Source: a bacterium
GTDB lineage: Bacteria; Zhuqueibacterota; Zhuqueibacteria; Residuimicrobiales; Krinioviventaceae
Direction of reading: 5' to 3'
DNA: 64,000 nucleotides
NCBI GenBank assembly: GCA_963674595.2
Contig: CAXXFV010000015.1
Coordinates: 192,001-256,000 of the forward strand
Of the stretch, positions 56,442 through 64,000 are shown piece by piece. The stretch's first letter is position 1; each line of letters begins with the position of its first letter. Made by a program: the position numbers and the translations under genes. The notes beneath the pieces were generated by a model. That model was not told the origin of the DNA, searched no databases, and saw nothing but the letters and a program-made list of their open reading frames with translations.

Positions 56442-57380
56442 TTGAAAGCTATTCTTATTCCTCAACCTGGTAAATTTTCTTTGATTGATTTACCTGTACC
56501 TGAACCTGATACAAACCAGGTGCTTGTGAAAATTGAATCTGTTTCTCTTTGTAATCAACACGATATTAAAGTTTGGACGGGTGGATACAAAAAATTGTCC
56601 TACCTTGAATATAATGTTCCCGGTTTTCCCGGACATGAAGGGGCCGGAGTCGTTGTTAAAACCGGTAAAAATTTTAGCAACATAAAAATAGGCGACCGGG
56701 TTGTCCTTTCCGGTCTCGGCGGCCCACCTTTATACCAGGAATACGTTCTCAGAGACCCTTCTGAAATAGTCAAAATACCGGATTCGTTGGATTTTGACTC
56801 TGTAGCTATGACCGAATTGCTTGGTTGTGTTCATCGTGGGGTAACCAAAGTTACAAATTGGAAAGACAAGAATGTCCTTGTCACCGGATTAGGTCCTGCC
56901 GGACTTGCTGCTATTCAAATTATTAAAGCCTATGGGGCCAAAAAAATAATTGTTTCTGATATCATTAAAGAAAAACTTTTATTTGCACTCGAATATGGCG
57001 CCGATAAGGCATTTAACGCGAATGATCCTGATTATATTGATCAGTTAAAAAATGAAAATCCGGATATTGTTTATGAAACAACGGGGAATGTAAACTCTTA
57101 TAATATCTCTGTTAATGTTGCCAATCAAGCTGTTATATTATTCAGTTTTACTGAAAAACAAATGACTTTGGACCCTTATCCGATTTTTGATAAAGAACTC
57201 GCCATATACGGTTCAAAATGGTTGACCGTACAAGATATGCAAAAAATTATTAATTTAATGGATGCTGGAAAGATTGATACAAAACCCCTGATTTCACAAA
57301 TTTTTTCTTTTAAAGAATATGAAAAAGCCATTAAATTTTTACAAACCGGCCAGGCAATCAAAGTAATCATGCATCCATGA
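56442..57380 (+). CDS. Zn-dependent medium-chain dehydrogenase (lacks the 4-Cys structural Zn loop)
   Basis: SLCNQHD, PGHEGAG, GDRVV, GLGPAGL Rossmann motif. Confidence 0.88.
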   Translation: MKAILIPQPGKFSLIDLPVPEPDTNQVLVKIESVSLCNQHDIKVWTGGYKKLSYLEYNVPGFPGHEGAGVVVKTGKNFSNIKIGDRVVLSGLGGPPLYQEYVLRDPSEIVKIPDSLDFDSVAMTELLGCVHRGVTKVTNWKDKNVLVTGLGPAGLAAIQIIKAYGAKKIIVSDIIKEKLLFALEYGADKAFNANDPDYIDQLKNENPDIVYETTGNVNSYNISVNVANQAVILFSFTEKQMTLDPYPIFDKELAIYGSKWLTVQDMQKIINLMDAGKIDTKPLISQIFSFKEYEKAIKFLQTGQAIKVIMHP

Positions 57381-57387
57381 GGTTTTT

Positions 57388-58212
57388 ATGTTAATCGGAA
57401 TAGACAGTTACAGTTTTCACCTTGCTTTTGGGAAACATCCTGATTTTTCACCAAAACAACCTATAAATATCATCCAATTTATGGAAAAAGTTGTTCAACT
57501 TGGTTTTGATGGAATTCAATTTGATCCAATGCATCTTGAATATAATGAAGATACAGATAATATTGTAAACTTTGCCAGGCAAAACAATCTGTTTTTAGAA
57601 TATGGAATTATTGGCGTTAAAAGTGATGATGTATTTAAGGGAATTGAAAAATGTCGTCAACTAAATTCCCCTGTTTTACGAAGTTTTATCGGATTTGATA
57701 GATTTGATAAGACTGTTTCTATATCTGAAAATTTGAAAACCGCTGAATATGAAATCACCAAAATTACTCATTTGTTAGAGAGTTCAAATATCAAGCTTGC
57801 AATAGAAAATCATGGAGATGTTACATCTGACGAACTTGTTGATCTAGTTGAGAGTGTTGATCATCCAAACGTTGGAATTTGTCTGGATATTGGAAATAGC
57901 ATCTGTGTTTTTGAAGATGCCTTTAGAGCTGTGAAACGCATGTTGCCCTATACTTTTACGACTCATATTAAAGATTATAATATTGAAATGACTAATTATG
58001 GATGTAAGATTTCCGGAACCAGCCTTGGTAAAGGAAATTTACCTTTGCATGAAATACTTGATTATATATTAAACAATTCTTCTCTTGAAAAATTGGTTTT
58101 AGAGATACCTATTGAAGCGTCCGGAGATGAGCCTGACACACTTTCTAAAGAAGAAAACGCTGTTAAGGACAGCTTGAATTATATACATGAATTTATGAAA
58201 AACTATAAATAA
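57388..58212 (+). CDS. Sugar phosphate isomerase/epimerase (AP_endonuc_2 TIM barrel)
   Basis: GFDGIQ, LAIENHGD, GICLDIGN, THIKD, LG.G.LP, VLE. Confidence 0.88.
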   Translation: MLIGIDSYSFHLAFGKHPDFSPKQPINIIQFMEKVVQLGFDGIQFDPMHLEYNEDTDNIVNFARQNNLFLEYGIIGVKSDDVFKGIEKCRQLNSPVLRSFIGFDRFDKTVSISENLKTAEYEITKITHLLESSNIKLAIENHGDVTSDELVDLVESVDHPNVGICLDIGNSICVFEDAFRAVKRMLPYTFTTHIKDYNIEMTNYGCKISGTSLGKGNLPLHEILDYILNNSSLEKLVLEIPIEASGDEPDTLSKEENAVKDSLNYIHEFMKNYK

Positions 58213-58225
58213 CCTGGAGGATAAA

Positions 58226-60535
58226 ATGAGACAAAAAATGATAATATCTATTCTTGTCTTTTTTGTATTTTTTATAAATGTAAATGCGCAGGAAACTGTT
58301 CCTTTAAAAAATTATCTGGAATATGCCCGCAATGCTGCGGACTGGACATGGGCCAATTACGATTCTCTTGAAAATGATTGGGTAAAAAAAATTAATCCTG
58401 ATTATGTATTCGGATACCGTCCGCCTGCCCGCTTTTTAGAAATGGCAGCTATTTATGCTTTTTTATACGAAGCCGAAGGAAATATTGAATATGCTAAAAG
58501 AGCAAAAAAGGTCATAGTAAATTATAAAAATTATCGTAAATACTATCCTCAAAGCTCCATCGATAATCGGTCAGAATACTCAAAAGGATTACCCGCCCTG
58601 CCGGATTTTTTTACTTCCAGTCGTTTTATTCGAGCTTATGATATATTAAAATATACTGATTTACTTTCTCAAAAAGAAATAGAGGATATAGACAATACAA
58701 TTGCTCATAGTACTGATTTTATTATCCAAATGCAGGAATGGGGCACAATGAATCGTGGTATTTTGAGGGCCGAAGGTATTGCCTGGGCTGTACGCGCTGT
58801 GCCAAACCATCCGCATACAAAAAATTGGGAAATGCTGGACTATGCCATTGGTTTTGATAATTGGGGGAACTGGGAAATTGAAGATGCCAGTCTTTACAAC
58901 GCTATATGGTTATATTCCCTGATCGGATATGCTGATGCAAAAAATTCAATTAAAGAGCTGTTCAAAACTCCGGAAATGTATTATTATGCTTATTATTATT
59001 TAAATTTAATATGTCCTGACGGATTTGTACCTGATTTTGGTGATGCTCACTGGCGGTCCAATTGGTCGCGCTATCTTGTATTTTTTGAAACGGCTGCCGC
59101 TCAATATAAAGATGAAAATTTTAAATGGGCGGCCTCAAATATCGCCTTAAAAATGATCGATTTTGATAAGGTAACTAGTGTTGGCACTGCATATTACCTT
59201 TTGGACTGTTACCGTTTTGGCGCTGCCGATCTTGTTGCAAAAGTCCCCACAACTTCAAGTATGGAAGTGATGGAAGACAATGTCGGGAAAAAGATTGTTT
59301 TTAGAAATGGATGGCAGCCTAATTCTACTTATATGCTCTTGAATTACCGTGATGAAGGTGAAAGCGGTATTGTTTTCAAGGATTACCTGCGTGATACTCT
59401 TCCTGTTGAAGAAGAAAAAATGACCCATGGCCACTCTGATGAGAATAGTCTGGTCTGTATGATGAAAAACGGTACTTTGTTACTCCATGACGGTGGGTAT
59501 CGTAATTATATGCCTAGCGGACCTTATGGCAGTTACCGTCAGGATTATTTTCATAACAAACTTTGTGTCCGACAGGAAAAAATTTGGATGGGGCAGAAAG
59601 AGGGTGAGGACCGTTATGCGCCTGTTGATAAACGAGCAATTGAAGGGCAAAACATACTCGACTTTTTGCATAACGCCGGTTCTTATCGTCAGGTGAGAAC
59701 TCAGAAATATGATTTTATCACTCTACCTGATTTTGACTATAGCCGTACGCGTTTAATTGACGATAAACTTGGATATGAATGGGACCGTATTGTTACCTAT
59801 GTTAAAGATCCGGAAATGTTTATTGTTTTTGATATTATGAAGGCAAGAGTAAGAGAGTATTTTACAGCCAGCAATTTATGGCATACCCGAAAAATTTTAA
59901 ATCAGGGCGAGCACTGGTACGAGACTGTTTATGATTCTTTGAGAGGCAAACCAATGCCGGAAGATTTAAGTTTAATCATTTATTTCCCCAAAACACATTT
60001 CCGTCTGGAAGGTGTTGAGGAAGAAGATCGATATTATCAAAAAGAGTTTTTAATTCACCAAACAACGTCTCAGGAATTTGAGCTGGGACAATATATTTCT
60101 TTTGTCACTGTTCTCGTGCCACATGATATGTCTAAACATCCCCAATCGATTGTAGATAATATTAATTATATTGAGACCGCACCAAAAGATGATGGATTAT
60201 TAGTGCAAATTAATTCCGGCGATAAAACAATTTCTGTTGGTGCCAAATGTGATTTACGTAAAGAAATGATACGTAGCTGGCGAAGGCCAAAATACACCTA
60301 TGAATCCGGTAAAATAGTATATGATAATTTTGAATCCAATTGTGATTTCTTTTTTACAACAAAAGAGAAGAACAAGTTGGACTATACAGTTGTTAACTTT
60401 ACAAAAGCTCTTTTTGATGGTAATGTATTATATGATCAGTTACCTATCAATTATGGTTTGTCTTTTGACGGCAGCCCTGATGCGCCGGGTGTGGGAAAAG
60501 TAAGATATTGGCGTGATTCGATCCAATTAAAATAA
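58226..60535 (+). CDS. Secreted heparinase II/III-like (alpha/alpha toroid plus beta-sandwich) lyase candidate
   Basis: Signal peptide, E..SLY, PDG.VPDFGD, IVFRNGW....TYM, HGHSDENS, LLHDGGY, HN.L.V. Confidence 0.65.
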   Translation: MRQKMIISILVFFVFFINVNAQETVPLKNYLEYARNAADWTWANYDSLENDWVKKINPDYVFGYRPPARFLEMAAIYAFLYEAEGNIEYAKRAKKVIVNYKNYRKYYPQSSIDNRSEYSKGLPALPDFFTSSRFIRAYDILKYTDLLSQKEIEDIDNTIAHSTDFIIQMQEWGTMNRGILRAEGIAWAVRAVPNHPHTKNWEMLDYAIGFDNWGNWEIEDASLYNAIWLYSLIGYADAKNSIKELFKTPEMYYYAYYYLNLICPDGFVPDFGDAHWRSNWSRYLVFFETAAAQYKDENFKWAASNIALKMIDFDKVTSVGTAYYLLDCYRFGAADLVAKVPTTSSMEVMEDNVGKKIVFRNGWQPNSTYMLLNYRDEGESGIVFKDYLRDTLPVEEEKMTHGHSDENSLVCMMKNGTLLLHDGGYRNYMPSGPYGSYRQDYFHNKLCVRQEKIWMGQKEGEDRYAPVDKRAIEGQNILDFLHNAGSYRQVRTQKYDFITLPDFDYSRTRLIDDKLGYEWDRIVTYVKDPEMFIVFDIMKARVREYFTASNLWHTRKILNQGEHWYETVYDSLRGKPMPEDLSLIIYFPKTHFRLEGVEEEDRYYQKEFLIHQTTSQEFELGQYISFVTVLVPHDMSKHPQSIVDNINYIETAPKDDGLLVQINSGDKTISVGAKCDLRKEMIRSWRRPKYTYESGKIVYDNFESNCDFFFTTKEKNKLDYTVVNFTKALFDGNVLYDQLPINYGLSFDGSPDAPGVGKVRYWRDSIQLK

Positions 60536-60569
60536 TTTTTAATTTATTTCATTTTTCACTATATTTATT

Positions 60570-60598
60570 AATGCGAGGTGTACTTTGCCTCGCATTTT
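60570..60598 (+). terminator. Hairpin/terminator between lyase-like and GH38 genes
   Basis: AATGCGAGGT-gtacttt-GCCTCGCATT followed by tt-a-tttt. Confidence 0.55.
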
Positions 60599-60640
60599 AT
60601 TTTCTTTATCTCGGACAATTTTATGTTATAAGGAGTGTTT

Positions 60641-63133
60641 ATGAAAAAAAGGAATATTCACCTTATTTGTAATGCACATTTAGACCCGGTATGGTTATGG
60701 GAGTGGGAAGAAGGAGCTGCTGCTGTTATATCTACTTTCCGTACTGCTGCTGATTTGTGTGAAGAATATGATAATTTTATTTTTAATCATAATGAAGTTA
60801 TTCTTTACAAATGGGTTGAAGAATACGAACCGGCACTTTTTACACGAATTCAAAAGCTTGTTAAAGAAGGCAAATGGCATATTATGGGTGGCTGGTATTT
60901 ACAACCGGACTGTAATATGCCCAGTGGTGAATCTTTTGTCAGACAAATTTTGACTGGTAGACAATATTTTAAAAATAAATTTAATGTAACTCCAAAAACA
61001 GCTATTAATTTTGATCCTTTTGGGCACACACGTGGTTTGGTCCAAATAATGGCAAAAAGCGGTTATGATTCATATCTGTTTTGCCGACCTGGTAACGAAT
61101 TCATTCAACTTCCTGCGGAAAGTTTTATTTGGTCAGGTTATGATGGTTCAACAGTTATAGGTCACCGGTCTCTAAGTCATTACAACACCCAATTGGGAGA
61201 AGCCGGTCAAAAAGTCAGCAAATGGTTAACGGAATTCAAAGATGTTGATCCTGGAATAATTTTATGGGGTGTCGGCAATCATGGCGGTGGTCCTTCGCGT
61301 ATTGATTTGGATGATTTAAAGAAAATAATAGAAACAGAAAATAATGAAAATATTATACACTCAATCCCGGAAAAGTATTTTAAAGAACTGTCTGAGAAAA
61401 AAGATAAATTACCGGTTCATGATAAAGATATTAATCCCTGGGCTGTCGGCTGCTATACTTCTCAGTCTCGTATAAAACATAAACACCGTTTGCTTGAAAA
61501 TGAGCTTTATATGACGGAAAAAATGGTATCCACCGCATCCTATCAAGGTTTGATGAAATATCCCGATAAGGAATTAAACGAGGCTATATTTGATTTGCTT
61601 GAAGGCGAGTTCCATGATATTTTACCGGGTTCTTCAATTCAACCGGTAGAAGAAACATCGCTTCGAGTGTTAGACCATGGTTTGGAAATTGTATCACGTA
61701 TTAAAGCCAGGGCCTTTTTCGCCCTTGCCGGCGGTCAGGCTAAAGCGGAAGAAGGTGAAATTCCCATTCTCGTATACAATCCTCATCCATACAAAGTAAA
61801 ACAAGTTATTGAATGTGAAACACAATTGGCTGTAGAAAATCGTGGTACATCTTTTACGTTATTTTCAGTATACAACAATGGAAAATTAGTCCCTTCTCAG
61901 ATTGAACAAGAATTAAGTAATTTACCGTTTGACTGGCGAAAACGAGTCATTTTTGAGGCCGAACTTGAACCTTCTCAGATGAATCGATTTGATTGTAAAC
62001 TCAACATCGTTGAAAAAAAGCCGGAAATTGAACTGCTTGAAAAAGACGGCAAGATTACTTTTGAAACAAATGATCTTAAAGTTGTTATCAACACCACTAC
62101 CGGTTTTATTGATGAATATATTGTAGGTTCTGTAGATTATATTTCTTCTGATGCATTCAAGCCCATAGTCATGAATGATGATGATGATCCCTGGGGCATG
62201 ATGGTTAAAAGTTTCAGAGATTACCTGGGTTCTTTTAAATTAATGTCTCCGAAAAAGGCTGCCAAGTTTGCCGGTTTGGCAAAAGATGAACTGACGCCGG
62301 TTCAGGTTATTGAAGACGGCCCTGTTCGTAGTGTGGTTGAAGCCTTGTTTGAATTTGACGATTCTTTTATATGCCAACGATACAAACTTCCAAAAAAAGG
62401 TACACAAATTCAAATTGAAACCCGTGTTGTTTGGAACCAAAAAAGTAAAATGTTAAAACTTTCAATTCCAACTCAACTTAAAAATGGTAAATATTTCGGC
62501 CAGGTTGCTTATGGTAAAGATGAGCTACCATCGAATGGTAATGAAGCTGTTGCTCAGAAATGGGTAGCGGTATCGGACGGCAAAAGCGCTTTATCTTGTA
62601 TTAATAATGGTATTTATGGATCTGATTATGCTGATGGCGAAATTCGTTTGTCATTGTTACGCTCTCCGGCTTTTAGCGGTCATCCTTTTGAAAAGAGACC
62701 AATTGTTCCGCAAAATCAGTATTCACCGCGAATTGATCAGGGCGAAAGACTGTTCCATTTTTGGTTGGATGCCGGTGACGCCGTAAATCATTTGCAAAAT
62801 ATTGACAGCCGTGCAAATGAAGTAAATGAAAAACCATTTGCTCTATCGTTCTTTCCCTGTGGTCTCGGGAACGAATGTAAACCTGGAATTGAATTAAGCA
62901 ATCCAAGCATTCAAATGACCACCTTAAAAAAGGCTGAAAGTTCAAATGACCTGATTCTGCGTCTGTTTGAACCTACCGGAAAAAAACAAGAAACAAATGT
63001 TAATGTTCCATTTTTGGATTATGAATTTAAAATCGATCTCAATCCGTTTGAAATAAAAACGGTCAAGATCAATCCTGAAACCAAACAGTATGTTTTGGTT
63101 GATTTGATGGAACAAGAAAATAAGGATGTATAA
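60641..63133 (+). CDS. Cytoplasmic alpha-mannosidase (GH38)
   Basis: NAHLDPVWLW.W, GGWYLQPD.N.PSGES.VRQ, DPFGH, GNHGGG, FHDILPGSSI. No signal peptide. Confidence 0.93.
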   Translation: MKKRNIHLICNAHLDPVWLWEWEEGAAAVISTFRTAADLCEEYDNFIFNHNEVILYKWVEEYEPALFTRIQKLVKEGKWHIMGGWYLQPDCNMPSGESFVRQILTGRQYFKNKFNVTPKTAINFDPFGHTRGLVQIMAKSGYDSYLFCRPGNEFIQLPAESFIWSGYDGSTVIGHRSLSHYNTQLGEAGQKVSKWLTEFKDVDPGIILWGVGNHGGGPSRIDLDDLKKIIETENNENIIHSIPEKYFKELSEKKDKLPVHDKDINPWAVGCYTSQSRIKHKHRLLENELYMTEKMVSTASYQGLMKYPDKELNEAIFDLLEGEFHDILPGSSIQPVEETSLRVLDHGLEIVSRIKARAFFALAGGQAKAEEGEIPILVYNPHPYKVKQVIECETQLAVENRGTSFTLFSVYNNGKLVPSQIEQELSNLPFDWRKRVIFEAELEPSQMNRFDCKLNIVEKKPEIELLEKDGKITFETNDLKVVINTTTGFIDEYIVGSVDYISSDAFKPIVMNDDDDPWGMMVKSFRDYLGSFKLMSPKKAAKFAGLAKDELTPVQVIEDGPVRSVVEALFEFDDSFICQRYKLPKKGTQIQIETRVVWNQKSKMLKLSIPTQLKNGKYFGQVAYGKDELPSNGNEAVAQKWVAVSDGKSALSCINNGIYGSDYADGEIRLSLLRSPAFSGHPFEKRPIVPQNQYSPRIDQGERLFHFWLDAGDAVNHLQNIDSRANEVNEKPFALSFFPCGLGNECKPGIELSNPSIQMTTLKKAESSNDLILRLFEPTGKKQETNVNVPFLDYEFKIDLNPFEIKTVKINPETKQYVLVDLMEQENKDV

Positions 63134-64000
63134 TGACTTCAAAACAACGTGTTTTGGCTACTATGTCAGGAGAAATTCCTGATAGAGTGCCTATCGGCGA
63201 ATTTGCCATTGATTTTGATACTGTAGAAAAAATAATTGGTCATGAAACCTATGTACGCGCTAAAGCCAAATCCCAAATTGCCTTTTGGGAAGGCCGGCAT
63301 GATGAAGTGGTCGACAGTTATTTAAACGACCACATCGAATTGTTCAAAAAACTGGATCTGGATATTATAACTTTTCCCATGGCAACCTGGGAAATTCCTG
63401 CACCAAGCGATGAACCTGCTCCGAAAAAAATAGATGATACGACCTGGGAGGATGTTCATGGGCGTATTTTCAAATATTCGGATGTCACGGCCGATATTAC
63501 CTGTATTCATGATCCGGTGATGGCAGAAAAAGTTTTTACGATTGAGGAATTTCAAAAAGAGCCACCGGATATTAATCTCGATGAACGTTCCTTTAAAATA
63601 CTGGACACGGTTATTAAAACTTTTCCGGAAAAATTTATTTGCGGCCCTTCCGGGGGAGAAATCGGTATTTTATTGTTGGGCGGTATGGAACGCGGTTTGA
63701 TGGAACTGATTGAAAATATTGATGTCGTTCAGGCTGCCACCGAGTATTATGTGAAAATGCAGAATAAAGCGGATGATGTTTTTATTCATCCGCTACAGGA
63801 TGCCGTCTTGTGGGGAGCTGATTTCGGATTTAAAACCGGTCCTTTTATCAGTCCGGTTATGTTTAAAAATTATTTTCTTGAACCAAACAAGGTACGTGTT
63901 CAAAATATTCATGAAAAGTTTGGTAAAAAAGTTATGAAACACTGTTGTGGAAATTTACACGCCTTGTTGGACTCTTTTATTGAAATCGGATATGATGCTT
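63133..64000 (+). CDS. URO-D / MtaA-CmuA methyltransferase-like family protein (3'-truncated; absent from ORF track)
   Basis: MTSKQRVLATMSGEIPDRVP..GMERGLM..ADFG..GPFISP.MF..HCCGN. Frame is open to the window end. TAATG coupling to GH38. Confidence 0.85.
   Translation, partial: MTSKQRVLATMSGEIPDRVPIGEFAIDFDTVEKIIGHETYVRAKAKSQIAFWEGRHDEVVDSYLNDHIELFKKLDLDIITFPMATWEIPAPSDEPAPKKIDDTTWEDVHGRIFKYSDVTADITCIHDPVMAEKVFTIEEFQKEPPDINLDERSFKILDTVIKTFPEKFICGPSGGEIGILLLGGMERGLMELIENIDVVQAATEYYVKMQNKADDVFIHPLQDAVLWGADFGFKTGPFISPVMFKNYFLEPNKVRVQNIHEKFGKKVMKHCCGNLHALLDSFIEIGYDA

Noticed and set aside
1-64000. tRNA, rRNA, CRISPR array, IS or prophage
   Set aside because: None recognised by eye, and intergenic gaps are short and lack regular repeat-spacer structure. 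A tRNAscan/Rfam run would be needed for certainty.

Overview
AT-rich bacterial chromosomal DNA. Type IX secretion (T9SS) C-terminal domains, a PorV-like barrel and a TonB-dependent receptor occur together with strong Shine-Dalgarno sites and canonical sigma70 promoters. This points to a non-Bacteroidia FCB-related lineage (KSB1/Calditrichota/Ignavibacteria-like; inference). About 43 genes are present. Housekeeping genes are pheA, PPi-PFK, polyprenyl synthase, CCA enzyme, acyl-CoA ligase and type III glutamine synthetase. The rest include a YIP1-TolC-MFP-ABC export operon, several transporters, secreted and T9SS surface proteins, an isolated pduS-pduT microcompartment pair, and a SusD-less polysaccharide-utilisation-like locus running off the right edge (TBDR, variant-CTD protein, PorV paralogue, dehydrogenase, epimerase, heparinase II/III-like protein, GH38, URO-D/MtaA-like protein). 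Four genes are interrupted: two by in-frame TAA and two by frameshifts. I saw no rRNA, tRNA, CRISPR array or mobile element. The best candidates for undescribed biology are: (1) the TBDR/CTD-protein/PorV trio as an alternative to SusCD; (2) a putatively sigma54-driven two-gene surface system (1547-aa repeat protein plus a small T9SS partner), preceded by a ~170-nt rod-shaped RNA candidate; (3) the orphan PduS-PduT module. All family calls are by eye from motifs; no searches were run.
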